Positions 1-12,176 are shown, counted from the stretch's first letter. The stretch is DNA of 20,000 bases from Catajapyx aquilonaris (GCA_000934665.2 JYFJ02001417.1:61216-81215), one strand, 5' to 3'. Numbers and translations are program-made. The notes: a model not told the origin generated them from the sequence alone.

Positions 1-146
1 CCAAGAAAAATGAAATACAGATGAAGCTCTTTAGAGAGATAGACCCAAAGACAGATGTTTATACGTAACCTGCATAATTATGTGTGTGTGAATTACATTT
101 TTCAGAAGGGTACAATTTATTCCACAAGAGACTAATTATATTTATC

Positions 147-230
147 TTCAACGCGCACAAATTAACTGCACGACTTATTGCCAAAATTATGGTTATGATG
201 CACCATACACCTCTATGATGACCTTCGCTT
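147..230 (-). repeat. Short dispersed repeat, diverged copy of 16538-16632; possibly a 5'-truncated retroposon 3' end
   Basis: ttcaacgcgcacaaattaactgcacgacttattgccaaaatta (147-189) aligns with ttcaacgtgcgcaaattaacggtgcaatgacttgcccaaatta (16538-16580); gaccttcgctt (220-230) matches gacctttgctt (16622-16632). Strand inferred from the (TTA)n tract next to the second copy. Confidence 0.5.
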
Positions 231-697
231 ACTCAGATTCGGACTACTGTAGCCTTAGCACTCCCCCGAAGAAAGTCAAGAATACGCCAGAGAAGGATTC
301 GTGATGTCCTGTTACTCATACCTGCATTGTGAGTGGGAACCGGAGGAAACTAAACAGCTCAGCCCAGCTTGGCTCCATTCCGGATGAAAAAAGCTGCAAT
401 ATATAGACGGTTATTTATTACGCAGTGCAACCAACGCAATGATTTAGAAAAAAAATATTCCCGGGTTGTAGCCCGCTTTTTGCGGTAAACTCATTGCCAG
501 AGGGGGAGATGGTGGTTGCACTCTCGTTTTTGCTTTGGTCATTGCCGTTGTGCAAGACTGCAGGACTGGGCAGCAAAAAGACGGCTTTGGCTGATCACAT
601 CCCGAAAATACGTAAAAGCATCGGGCCTATACGTATGAGAAGAGTGACCTCGAGTATGTAATTAATCACGCAACGTTAATCCAGTACATGAATGGAA

Positions 698-1060
698 CTG
701 CGTGGTATTCACCCGATGAAGACACCGAAAACGTCCTGAGGACGAAAGGTTGTAACAAGAGTGCAGGAAATGATGAGGACCACCAATGGGCCTTCCTTGA
801 TTTCGATCCTGATTAGGATCATCACTGGTCCCAAAGAGGTAAAATGTGACCAACACATCGTAGATAAATACGAAAGCAGCCAAATCTATGCACTACGTGC
901 TGGGATCTTCACTAAAAGATTCTCGCTTACTTATCTTCAAAGAGCGACGGAAGTGGAACATATCCACTCGAACATGCCCAACCAATAAACATTGATATCT
1001 TCATCCAACCAGTAGTTACGAATTTGCTTGTAGACTTTCGAAGTTTGTACCACTTTCTTC
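698..1060 (+). mobile_element. Degenerate LINE ORF1 (gag-like, zinc-knuckle) relic
   Basis: Across frameshifts: LRGIHP-DEDTENVL...VVTRVQEMMR...HIVDKYE...PNLCTTCWDLH...STRTCP. This resembles the I/Jockey ORF1 pattern VIRGIP...V.RM...V..Y..P.QC.RC..FGH. Stops and frameshifts present. Confidence 0.45.
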
Positions 1061-1262
1061 ACGTAAAATTCACTGGATGCAGTGAAAATTGAGCAATCAT
1101 CAATGGTGTTAAATGGTCAACTGACTGCGAGTAATAAAAATTTCTACCAAAAAAGCCAAACCAAGACGGAAACTATTGGTCACCTTTATTGATTGAAACT
1201 CACTTTCTTTCCACGATGTGTCACTAAGATTTACCTCTGTTAATTAATCGAGGCTACTGCAA

Positions 1263-1500
1263 CTCCGCTACACAACGGAAGACGCTATGAAAGTGATTGA
1301 AACCTCTGCCGAAGTGCGCCTGGAAGGCCTTTAGACGTATCACTACTACACGGTTGGTGCATAGCTTACCAGAAGAGACTTCAGTATGGGTGTGCATGGG
1401 GAAGACCTACTCACTGATGTCAAAGTATTACTTCGACGGTAGCATTGTTCTACTGCCCATGTTTCATTATACTAGTAAGTAATGCCCCCTATTGCTCATG
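1263..1500 (+). mobile_element. Degenerate LINE reverse transcriptase fragment (domains 2-4, internally deleted)
   Basis: Ordered remnants TTEDAM (STEDA), WKAFRRI (KAFD.V), RLVHSL-TRRDFSMGV (LI.SYL..R.F.V) and GSIVLLPMF (GS.L.P.LF). Confidence 0.45.
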
Positions 1501-2136
1501 ACTATTAATCAGACTAGTCAACTTGACAAGGCAGCAATACGTAACATGGAGGGTGTTGCTATTGGCTCCACTCGCCGGCGGTGGGGACAAGAGAGAAGGA
1601 TCAATAGGGCGACCAAGGGTGGAAGTTTGAGTTGTCTAGTGTAAGTAAACGCCATAAGGAGGCCATTCTGAATGATACTGAAGATTAAAATTCATGTTGC
1701 AGGAGTACAGTCGCCCAAGGAAGTACCTCGACAACGCCCTTAAAATTCTGACTTCCTGTTTTCTTTTTGTTTCTGTTGTCGATTTAAGATGTTTGTGAGT
1801 GTAAATGTTGCGTTATTTATGCTTGCAATTATGCTAGGGAATAGGACTGGTGATTGACAGCTGACATTTCCTTACAACTGCACAACTCATTATGTCTTAT
1901 TAATCAGTAATCTAAGGCAACTGTCACCGCCACTAATGTGGCTACATTGCCAGCACTATTGCCTCGCCTTCGGACTCAAGTGCGTGAGGGGGAAATGCAC
2001 ATTTTATCAATATAGCCCCAAAATGAGTTATCTTCCTTTGGCCAGAGTCTTATCAGGTTGCATGCCCGGGGTTGGAAGGTCAATGCCACCTGCCTCCAAT
2101 ACACCCAAGTCGCCGGTCTTATCTGTACTTTTTTTT

Positions 2137-2181
2137 CACCTCCCCCAGCTTCCCAATCCCCCTCCCCACCCCCCTACACCT
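2137..2181 (-). other. C-rich tract; G-quadruplex-capable on the minus strand
   Basis: cacctcccccagcttcccaatcccccctccccaccccccta-type stretch with five runs of >=3 C separated by short loops. Confidence 0.5.
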
Positions 2182-2429
2182 GAACCGCTCACACTGTTAA
2201 AATTTCACCCTGATTTTGTGGTGTGTCGCATACCCTACAGGATGAGTGGGATTTTCGAGGTGTAAAGATACTTCCTTGGGCGACTGTACAAGTACTCCAC
2301 GAAGAAGGCATCGTGAAAAAGCCAAGAACAACGGTGACACCGGCATCCGACCCTGCAGACTCCTCAACTGACTCTCCATCACGGTGGAGCTCCATATATA
2401 GAAAATCAAGGTAAATGATCCAAACAGAT

Positions 2430-2720
2430 TACCAGTTGCTTCTACCACGTAAACGTTGCCGTTAAATAGAACTTGGTTTTTTGTCATTCGGGAATTTTTC
2501 CCTTGTTGACTGAGTTATTTTTTGTTCTGTATGCCACAATATTTTCCTGGTCATTCTTGTCTCTTGCGAAAAATCCTGCGATATTGTTATATTCGACCAT
2601 TTCAACCAGCGCAGCGAGCATTGGTAAATATCAATGAACGATCACCTGTTTGGGGTATTTTTGCTATGATAGGCGGATTTGTACTCATTCCCAAAATATG
2701 TGCTCGGTCGATAGTACATA
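2430..2720 (-). mobile_element. Possible minus-strand LINE ORF2 linker relic
   Basis: Minus frame ...FARDKNDQENIVAYRTKNNSVNK...TKFY loosely resembles the APE-RT linker Y...RN.V...IR..K..YY. Weak. Confidence 0.2.
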
Positions 2721-3299
2721 AAATCAGCTTATATAAAATGGACATGAACATTGGGAATGTAATAAAATGGGAACGTCCGTGCACAAATGGTTGCAAAACA
2801 GAAGATCTTTCGATTACATACATAGATGCAACGATTCAACAAGATCACCTAGATTTAAATCATTCAAAGAGATATTCTAATTATGCATTAATAAATAATA
2901 TTTTTATACATATATGTCAATTTTTTTCGTACCACAGAAAACTGATACTATCATCATGGCCATCGGTCCCACCAGATAAACTGTAATTGCCCTTGGAAGA
3001 TATACCTATACTCATGAAATGCAAACTGTGTACACATAACTACTTATTTTGTTGTTGATGTTGGGTAAGCTCTCTCCGCCAAAAGGGTTAATCACCCCTG
3101 GCGTAATAAAATTATCGTTGTTGTTATTATATGCACGGTCGCACAGACTTGACCGATGCCGATAGAGGAAGACGAGCGAGAGGTTCATTATACAAGACGC
3201 CGCGCCGTTTTACTATGATTCGTATGCCCATTGTCTACGAGTAGCATATTACTTTCCATTCTGCTGCTGAAAAGTGTAAGTGGATCACAGCACTTTCGT

Positions 3300-3920
3300 A
3301 CTCCTCCCAACGACTCACTAAACCCGGGGGAAGGTGCAACAGGAACAAGAAAGAAAGGACGGTCTCATTCGAGTACTCCAAATTTTTGGAGAACTGGACA
3401 AGATAAGGGACCACAAAACCAGACATAGGCTACCAGTTGGGTCTTCGACATGCTCATAACCAATCCTCTGCAATGCAAATCATGGATCTTGACTAAAGCA
3501 TTCTCAATATCCTGTCCAATTTTCACATTAAGCTGGGAAGCCAATCGATGTTTTTATGTGAAGCAAGGCAAAACAATCAACCAGTCGGAAAGATTAATTT
3601 GCAACATACTGAAAACATACAGAACAAAGTGTGATGATTATTATTATAGAAACAAGCTAGGAACTTTCGATTTTCAATGTTCTCAGGAATAAACACCACT
3701 AATCCCAAACACAGAATAGGGCGAAAGTCACAAGAATTACCAAGCAACACAATGATGAGGATATGGACGGTAGCGATTGCCAACTACTGGAAAATCATCA
3801 AACTATCAAAGTGTGAAAGAAACCCAGAGAAAATCCTATTCACCAAACCAAGGACCTGGCAAACTGGATATCAGGATGTCAAAAGTCATCTAACGAAAAT
3901 TCATCATAGAATCTTATGAA
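3300..3920 (+). mobile_element. Degenerate LINE RT relic (domains 1-7 compressed by deletions)
   Basis: In order: TKPGG...ERTVS..SKFLE (PKPGK..YRPISL..SKLLE), YQLGLRHAH (QFGFR..HS), MDL/TKAFS (DL.KAFD), FHIKLGSQ, RTKC-MII (KTK.M.F), ANYWKII. Confidence 0.55.
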
Positions 3921-4249
3921 GGTCATTTAAGAAAGTAATCTCAAACGCAAATTGCAATATGGAATTTACATTATTGCGCGACAGTGGACTGAAATGGTCT
4001 GTTCAAGGTCAAACTTACATTTAGCAGTGTTTATGCGCAAAAAAAAACACACTGATAAGCCAATGTAGAATATTATTTCACAGTCAGAACATTAAAAAAT
4101 ATATATATATATTGCACTTCTTGCCTTACACAGAGCCATGGCAGCCTCACTAATCACCGTATCAGTCCACGGTGGAACGTACTATCTGTCACAAAAAGTT
4201 TTCGCCGAAAATGAACGGAAAATTCGGGCAAAAGTGGTCAAAATTCTTT

Positions 4250-5265
4250 GTGATAGATTGTACATCTACAAGCTTACCCCAGACAGGAGACATGACTGTT
4301 GGATCGCATTGTTAGCACGCGAAAAGGCCCTTCTCGAGTTGCCAGGCCTCCACTAGTCAGACCACTTTGGAAGTAAATTAGCGTCGGATTCAGCTACGAT
4401 CTACGAAGACTATTGCTCGCTTGTCACGAGGTATACACATCTGTACTGACATATTTATTGCACTGCTTAAGAGTGTTTGGGCAAATATAACAAGTGTCAA
4501 CACTGGCCATATCTGGTAGCATATGAACATTCAGGATGTCCTTGCACGATCCAGAAGGATATCAGACTTGCACATACCTACACTTGGATTGTCGTCCAGT
4601 TAATAAGATTCACCTGGAGACCTTTCAGGACAGGCATATCAAGCAATAATTATTGCCAAAATAAAATAAGAACTGAACACGAGCAATGGACGTGAACAAA
4701 AACCGGGATGGAAATGTTGACCTCACAGCATGAAACTTAGATCCAAAAATTATTTATAACTACAGGTACGATCAGTAACCGAGCTTGGGACATCTCGTCA
4801 CACAAGGAATGGTGCAATGGTGGACTCTCACTTAAAAGCTAATGGATCCCCTTCATAGGAGACAAACTAAGCCAACTAAAAGGCAACAGCAGACATGAGA
4901 CTTGCCAAGAAGAAGCTGGTGTCATATATGCCACACAATGACACCAGAAGCCACCTGAAACAAGTATGACGATGCAAAAATCTCCAAGGATTCAAGACAA
5001 GAATGCAGCTGAGGCCATGCCAGCCAATGAACACGTGAATACAGAAGGACGATTCGAGAATACAAGTATATTGTTCATATCATATAGCGTGGCGTATCCT
5101 GGTCGGTTCGAGACCAAACACACATGGAGAGAATAAAAACACGAGCAACCTTGGGAACACGACGCGACGTTCTTAGCCATGATATTATTCGTAATCCAAT
5201 AATTTGTAAGTAATTTTCACATTAAGCTGGGAAGCCAAAAGATAGAGCACGTGAGAGTTAGAAGG
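4250..5265 (+). mobile_element. Degenerate I-clade-like LINE ORF2 relic (APE endonuclease, linker, RT domain 4)
   Basis: YIYK...WIALLA (GGVALLV), QTTLEVN*RRIQL (T.LEAVAVRI), FTWRPF..GISSN (FTW.V...SDH), MVQWWT (PVPWW), AKKK-SWCHICHTMTP..LKQV*R (AKR.SW..F.S.I...VW), IQ*FVSNFHIKLGSQ (I..FL.NR.F.V..G). Confidence 0.6.
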
Positions 5266-5989
5266 GATGCCGCCATGGACTGGAGGGTGTTGCCATCTTG
5301 CTACTTCATCACCTGGTCGTCCAAGGCAGATCCCTTCGCAGGGAAAAGGAGGACAGGCCATGGGGGGAAAGTGCACCGTGCTGGGGGATCAAGCAGTGAG
5401 AAGAGACCAAGAGGAAACAAGATGGAGACTGGAGATGCAGCTACTTGGTGGTAGCTAATATAACAGTTTAAATCGGAAATGAAGAGATGTCGCAGTGTGC
5501 ACCTGTCGATTCGAATCTGATGAGACTCACGCAGGGAGTGTCAATTGCGATTGGATGACCATCGCATCAGTGTAATTACAGCAAGAGGACAGGACGAGTG
5601 CATAACATTTTCCGCAACTTGTAGTCAGTTAATGTCCGCGACTAATACTGGCTACATCCGGGATCTTGAGTGATGTCACCGGGTGCGCGCTCATAAATCC
5701 GCAACGTTGCCATGTGTTAAACATTATGCGTTTGGGAGTGACGCAGTGTTAACCTCGTCATCTTATGGTGTACCGAAAGCGCATCCAGCGCCCCTCATAT
5801 AGAGTGGATCGGAGTGGCTCGTATACATTTTTCTTGATATTAATATAAACAATTACATGGTACCGTGGGAACAATCCCCCAAGCCAAACAGGGGAATTAT
5901 TAGGGGACATTTTAATGCGAAATTGTCATGTCTTCCCAGCACCCAGTTTTCAGAAGATGGCAACGATTCGTGACATCACCAACGTTGCT

Positions 5990-6290
5990 GGATCTGCATA
6001 AGGGGAAGAAAAGCGCATTTGAACAGCAAAGCAACAACAATTCAAGGATGGCGAGAACCTACTTCACCCACTGCCGCATAGGAGTGGTCATGGAGAGAGA
6101 AATTCTCTGACACTGTTGCGGCAAAGTGACATATGAGATCACAGGCCTAGTCATTCGAAGGCACCACTAGTCAAGATGCCAAATGAAGGAAATATATGAC
6201 AACGCACTCCAGACCTTCGCAGGGCAAGTCTGGATGACCCTATCACGAGGTACACAGGACAACGAAGATAATACCAGTCCTAATTACCCA
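5990..6290 (+). mobile_element. Degenerate LINE ORF1 relic (R1/LOA-like N-terminal part)
   Basis: GVVME...TGLVI-(E)APLVKMP-EIYD resembles GGVVIE...GL.VE.P.K..P.IIIYDV of insect R1-group ORF1. Confidence 0.3.
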
Positions 6291-6714
6291 TCTAAGCACA
6301 GACACTGTTTACGAAAACAGCATTCTGCATTTTAAATGTACATATCACCTGTAGCAACCCTTTTGAAAACACATAAAATGACGATCGTGTCACGGCCGCG
6401 CACATGTCCAAAAACCGCACGACCACCATCCTTCAAATATCTCGCCTCATCATTCTGTCAATAGAGAAAAATTATGCAGGCCTCTGACGATATAGCGTGA
6501 CTCCACTGAAAAGTGATATGAAAAAAGGGGCTTCGAATTTATGACACTTAATACTATAGACACAGTCATTTACACGTGTAGAAATTAACAGGGATTGACG
6601 GGACGGAATATTGACACATGAAGCTACGTCTGCGACGGAGTGTTCTCAACCACGTGCTGACAGACTAACTAAGACCGCAAGAGGACTTTAAATTAATGAC
6701 ATACCGGTGTGCTG

Positions 6715-7080
6715 ACAGTTATGCACTTTGGGTCGAAAAAATTGCTTCCATAAACAAGGTTATATTGGTACAATTACTCAATTACAGTGAAACACGTAAC
6801 CTCGATAAGGATGAACATGGGAAAAGTTTTTTGAGCAGATTAGGATGTATTCAGTGCTCTTTTATAATGTCCACCTTAACAGATCCTAACAGCAAATAAA
6901 TCACTAGCGACTTAGACATACCGAAAGAAAAAGTACCCATGAAAATCAACACCGCTACGCCATTATGATAATAAAATACAGGTAAGATGTCTATAATAAT
7001 TATGGAGGCACACCAATGTGCCAGAACTCGCCCTGTCACATCTAATTGTGACCATCAGAAACTCATTCCGGGAAACTCTC
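6715..7080 (+). mobile_element. Possible LINE APE/linker relic
   Basis: YALWVE..GYIGTI, DEHGKSFLS (N..G..FL), RKKKYP* (K.PW), IIKYR*DVY..LWRHTN. Confidence 0.3.
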
Positions 7081-7330
7081 TTGACTAGGTCTCACAGCAG
7101 TCTGACTAAAGTACATCGTTAAGTCAACCATCACAAATTAAGCACACCAGAAATTTTTTACTTGAAGAGCAACAAAAATGCAGATGCGAGATTATTGTGT
7201 GGACAGAGTCGAGCTACAGACGGACACATGCGTGATATCCCTGTGCACGTGCAGTAATATCTCCCAGTAAATTAAGAACTCGGAGGTTTTCGTTAAAAAA
7301 ATACACCATCAATTATTATCAAACAAGTTT

Positions 7331-7569
7331 CACCAACCATAAACTTAGTTAAAACACTCTCTTTTGTACTTATTCCATGCACGAAGCCTCCTTGCATCTT
7401 TGAGGACTTCATGAGGGACTGTTCTATTTTACTATGTCACTTGAAGTCCCACAAAAAAATTTGTCCGATCGCTTGATTGTGAAAAAAAAAAAAAATCAGC
7501 AGTAAACTTCTTAAAGGTGTCCTCATCCATTGAGCTTTCCGAGTTTTCCATGTCTTGCATAAACAGCAA
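7331..7569 (-). mobile_element. Fragment of an unclassified invertebrate transposase-like protein (pseudogenised)
   Basis: With frameshifts at a poly-T expansion and near 7430: LFMQDMENSESSMDEDTFKKFTAD-FFTIKRSDKFFCGTSSDIV-IEQSLMKSSKMQGGFVHGISTKESVLTKFMVG. This matches, from memory, the block LYLQDM..L...M....F..F..G.FT.RRS.KF..G.W.DM.IEQ.LM.S.K..GG...GR of multicopy hypothetical proteins in arthropods and other invertebrates. Confidence 0.65.
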
Positions 7570-7585
7570 CCTTTCGTCTACTTAC

Positions 7586-7730
7586 TTGACATGGAGTGAT
7601 CCAGGATCAAATGGCATAAGCCAGACGGATCACATACTGATCACTTGCTGACCTAGACACAGCAATAAAGACTCATCATGCACATGTCAAGTCACATTCG
7701 GGTTTATAAAAGAAGCCCACGCACTGAGAA
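7586..7730 (+). mobile_element. APE endonuclease C-terminal relic (RTE-like)
   Basis: TWSDPGSNGISQTDHILIT matches TW.SP....NQIDHILI; followed by ADLDT..THH.HVK (AD..SDH..V). Confidence 0.55.
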
Positions 7731-8108
7731 CCCAAGACAGGGACTGACTGGCGAGAACACCATTTCCAGTCAGCAAATGAAGTCATCCCCGCTTCAGGTT
7801 ACGAGGTTAGGAGAAGTACAAAAGTAGCACTGCTCCTGCCATTGATCGCATTTGGGATTTCAATATTATTACCGTAATTTTTTGTACTGCCAAAATTGGC
7901 TCCATATCATTTTTATATGGCTTTAATTATACACAACCAGTAACATGCGAGTCCTGAAAGACCTTCCTTATAATTTCTGTATACGGTATATATTTCTTAA
8001 TTTACAAGTATCCAGTGCAGGGGTGTCTGGGAATCTGCGCCCCGCGGAGGATGAACAAAACAGGTGATTTTCAAGGACTGCATCCCAATAAAATGGTAAA
8101 TAGTAAAA

Positions 8109-8241
8109 GCACTTGACTTTTCCATCAGCAGAGTACTTCCTGTTGTAAACCATCTTCCACCAAGTACTTGTTACTACTTGCATGTGATTATTACAACACC
8201 TGTGATAGATTACTATAGATTCACACGTCAAAATCCTTGAA
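8109..8241 (-). mobile_element. Ty1/copia reverse transcriptase N-terminal fragment
   Basis: FKDFDV*...QVLGGRW-VYNRKYSADGKVKC (one frameshift) matches copia RT ..W.LV..P...K.IG.KWVF..K...DG.V.RYKARLV. Confidence 0.55.
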
Positions 8242-8684
8242 TATGAAGCTGAAAAAGTCATGCGAATTGTGCAGGCAGACCCAGGATGCGATAGAATTTA
8301 CTTGATATTACACCACGACGAGATGTTACTTTTAGAAAACCCACAGGCATGAAGAAATAGGCATCCCAAACCACCAATCCCTCATTTCCCTACTTTAATC
8401 GCCTACTTTACTGTGTAGGGCAGGCGAAATTGCTATTAATTTGTAACACCAGGTCCACACTAAACTCACTTCAGCAGAACCTGGTGAATTGAAAGAAATG
8501 GTTCCGTGGCCATATTAATTGATTAATAATAATAATTATTGATTAACATGCACGTTGCACGAGCGACAACGATGAGAAATTTTAAAGTAAACCGTATAGT
8601 ACTAGTAGCTGCATATTGTCTGCTGCTATGCAGCACGTCTCCGACTTTTACACTTACATTAATCTGCATCTCAAATCTTACTAC

Positions 8685-8817
8685 GGTTACAAAAACCAAA
8701 ATAATGCGAGGGAAATTAGTGCATGATACATGAAGTATAGTAACAGTGAAAATGGGTTCTTCCAACCTTAATAGGTTATGAAAAGTATGAATTGCACATG
8801 ACACCACAATCGCATGA
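8685..8817. repeat. Duplicated block, paralog of 17102-17245
   Basis: ggttacaaaaaccaaa...atgatacatgaagtatagtaacagtgaaaatgggtt..ccaaccttaat...tgaaaagtatg.attgcacatgaca.cacaa.cgcatgat is present in both copies, same orientation. A 19-bp-period tandem duplication (atgacaccacaatcgcat at 8798 and 8817) sits at the end of homology. Confidence 0.9.
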
Positions 8818-9109
8818 TGACACCACAATCGCATTGACAATGCATGGTCCCTCCCCAAAAATCCCTATCCTTTCCCATTGTCCCTGTTTCCTTGCACCGG
8901 TGAATGAAGTGAAAATATATACAGAAAACTGATGGTGGTATGCCACCCCCCTATAGCTCCCGTAAGGGACATCACGGGGTAAAATAAATAAATAATTTTT
9001 TAAAAAAATGTTACTATTCTGCTGAATTATCTCAAGCAATGCCTAGCATAAAAATAGGCACACATCCACACAAGTAACCTCATCTGTAGCGGCAAAAGGG
9101 AGGGAAAAT

Positions 9110-9235
9110 CACTCGGATTGTCTACACAGCACGGACAAGGAGGACATAGTATTGCATATTGCAACAATGAGATGGAAGCGAAGCATTTGTATAAATTTGC
9201 AGAGTAGAAAACATGAAAGCGGGAGATATTCAGTG
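9110..9235 (+). mobile_element. LINE ORF1 zinc-knuckle relic
   Basis: HGQGGHSIAYCNNEMEAKH-CINLQSRKHESG resembles C..CG..GH....C.N....C.NC....H..G. Confidence 0.4.
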
Positions 9236-9375
9236 ATACACTTCTCAAGAAAAGAAAAGTAGTGTTCAGTACCAGTAACCTCTATCATGAATATTTATTG
9301 TAGTGGGGTCACTCTCTTGGACAACCATTACACACTGTCACTATACGGTATATGCAAAAGAATGACGCACATTCA

Positions 9376-10318
9376 ATCCTAAAAAAACATATTTCAGTAC
9401 CAACAGTTATTCCCATAGGTATGTCATTATTTGCGAGAAATCAGATAATGTGAAAAGTACATGTTTTCGGAATTACGCCGATTTTGACATACGCAGATCT
9501 TGCTGCCGGAAGACGATGTACAAGACAACGATGGCAGTAGGCATTACGTAGTGAGGACATACCACCCGTGAGTGTGAATGATGTCACCAGGCATGAAGGT
9601 ATACCTTATTCGTGTAGTTACGGATAATAACTCGGCAATTAAGCTTGCCCAAAAACAGGATAAATATAACTTAGAAGATAATAATTATAGATCCCAAGCT
9701 GATAGCATCGAAATGCTGAAAAACAAAGTAAAATATCTCGAGGACAGAACATAGGATGCCATGGAATGCAATACCCCCGTAAGACAATGACATACGAGCA
9801 CATCTAACGAAGATAGCCCACTGCTGACGGCATTAATTTAGAGAAGTTCAACACATGCAGAGGACACTTCTTCCCTTGAACTAGCATCAACAATAGTAGT
9901 CACTTGTTATCTTGCTTGTTATGTTGCGAGAAATGGTTTCAATATTAATCCAGTGATTAGAAATTGAGATATGCCCAAAAGAGCAACAATGAAGCTTGCA
10001 GCGACATTTTGTTTGACCCAACAACAGCATTCAAAATTAATATTCATGTGAAGAATCGGATCTACAATGACGAAGCTTCCTGATCCTCAAAGAGAGCCGC
10101 CATCTGTAACGTATAGGAGGAGGTTCCCAAGTGATGATCACACTCTTTGCTCACCCGTGAAGTTCACCAGCCATAAATTAATTGAATCTGGAGTTAAAGG
10201 GTATCTGTAACTGATGTGAGTGCAATGACGAAATGTATTCAGTGTAACACAGACCCTTACAACTTTCTTCCTCAACCTTGATTATGCACGAGGATAATTT
10301 ATGTATGTACACATAATA
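9376..10318 (+). repeat. Segmental duplicate A (paralog of 17878-17930 plus 18547-19425) containing LINE ORF2 C-terminal relics
   Basis: Continuous direct similarity to copy B (roughly 85% by eye). Encodes remnants ELR-PILTYA..ALRSEDIPPVSVNDVTRHEGIP (Jockey-like thumb), then IEMLKNKVKYL..RMPWN, CEKW..KLRYAQ-RATMKLAATFCL-PTTAFK, TYRRRFPS, KFTSH and *CECNDEMYSV*H (R1/LOA-like thumb and CCHC). Confidence 0.9.
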
Positions 10319-10627
10319 ACTCTTGAGTTTATGATTTTTCAGATTTTTCAGATTTATTTGCAGCAGGTCCATGAGATAGTTCGCAGTGAACTACCAAGCA
10401 CTGTGTAGCTGGTTTCCTCGCCAACATAACGGCAGCGCTTTTGTATTTTGACAAGTTTACTTATCGGTTTTAATATTGCTTTCTTTCACCGGGATTTTTC
10501 TTGATAATTTTTACACCATGCACCATAGCTGAATATGTAAGCAATTACTCGCCCCTAGTGACTTTAATGGATAGTGTTTATCAAGATAGACCGAATAGTG
10601 GGCTACAAAGGAACAAATTTTTGAGAA

Positions 10628-11270
10628 ATGAACACCTATGAAAAGTGATCCAGACACCTCTACCAATAACAAAGCACTCACCTACACGAACTCCTAGCCA
10701 AAGAAGAAACATTCGCAAGCAGCAAGCTGAGACGGAAGTATCGGCTTCGGAAGACGTCAAATAATGATCCACAACTCATTCTTATGCGGACACAGAGACG
10801 CCATAAGATCAGTATCATAACTGAAGATAGAGCCATGATGAGAAACGCAAACTTACAACAGTATCATATTAATTAAAACCAAAGCTTCCTGGAACAGCCA
10901 CGAGCATATCGTGATAATAAACAGCTCTCATTTTTGGACAAGAAAAAATGCAGCATAAGAGATAGTATAAGTATGACATGCAATGCCGGGAAACTGTCTT
11001 GAATAGGTCAAACAGAACCATCTTCCCTTCCGTTCCATCACAGATCAAGCACGCAATGATGCATAATAATAACTGATATCGACGACATTCTGGGCGTCCA
11101 TGCATACGGCACTGGATGATGACATACCTGAAGACGGAAGATCTCTGTCCAGACTGACGTAACGGCCATTTCGAAAGTCATGGTCATGTCACGTATCAGA
11201 CGAATGATTGATTTGAACATTTTTACTGTAACAATAAATCTTGAAGTCAATATACCTGAGCAAGAAGACA
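10628..11270 (+). mobile_element. Degenerate LINE ORF2 relic (linker plus RT domains 1-4); 10629-10812 paralogous to 15449-15625
   Basis: LHELLAKEE..SKLRRKYR..NDPQL (linker), RDSISMTCNAGKL (RPISLT...KL), LGVH-IRHWMMTYL-RRKISVQ (LG...L.WI.SYL..R...V), NIFTVTIN (LF...IN). Confidence 0.5.
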
Positions 11271-11499
11271 TCCCATCACCTTTTACACAAACATAACGTT
11301 AAGATATTAGATAGCATGAGCAATGTTTGCCACTTACAACACTGAACTACAACACATTATAGGCCTACATTACATTCATGGATAAGTAATTAATATATTT
11401 CCCATGCTTTACATTGCGTCGTTCGAGACCACAAGTCTCCCATCCGACGAGAAGCTTGACCGAACACCAGCAGTACGTAAGGGAAAAACATTGAAACAG

Positions 11500-11750
11500 G
11501 CGACTCCCAATGAGACTAATATTGCCACCAAAATAAGAAACCACTCCAATTTCACAAATGGCAAGCTATTTTTGGAATTATTGGAGGTATTCTTGCGCTT
11601 TAATGGAACCCATACAGATGTCAGTCAAGGCAATTGAGACCCTAAGAATGGTTTGCATCCCAAAACACTTGAGCTGCTTGGATAACTTTTACAAAGATCA
11701 TTGTGCCATCTATCTATGAGTAGCTATAGTCCGATACATTTTGCTGCATC
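11500..11750 (+). mobile_element. APE endonuclease relic
   Basis: RNHSNFTNGKLFLELLEVFLRFNGTHTDVSQGN resembles R.S.D...N.NG..LLE.C....L...NG....D..G.FT; SYSPI downstream (SDH.PI). Confidence 0.45.
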
Positions 11751-12176
11751 ACAACCTGAGCCCACAACCAGTATTATATGCATTATCCGGGATGGAGATG
11801 CAGACCTTGAAAGGCAGCCAGTCCAAACCCAGTGAGTGTATTTAACTACATTTCAGGACGCAGGTGAGTATAACTTCACCTTCATACAGGGAGGATGGAA
11901 GGTTCTGACTTCTGAGTCTTACTTTTTCACTTACAATCGTGTACCGACAAGACTTCGGCGGTTTCTAATGCAACGATACACTAGGCCTCAGGAATGCTCT
12001 TCATATGGGCAGACCTGCTGCATATGACATGTTCTGTTGTTGGGGATTCAATCTAGCTGTATAGATGGGAGACGTATAGTCAGGATGTTATATGACAAGT
12101 TTCTAATTGCGTTTGCTATTAGATGAAGCTCAACCTATGACAAGACCAACTAGGTCATTCGCTAGTGTCGGGGGTA

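Noticed and set aside
1850..1930. Weak inverted repeat tgacagctg / caactgtca
   Set aside because: Too short and imperfect to exceed chance.
2522..2986. Longest ORF in the track (154 aa)
   Set aside because: TTG start, no recognisable domain, AT-rich composition; probably a chance frame.
9578..9754. 58-aa ATG ORF (MMSPGMKVYLIRVV...KVKYLEDRT) with coiled-coil appearance
   Set aside because: Frameshifted in paralog B (2-bp indel near 18788) and spans a junction of LINE relics.
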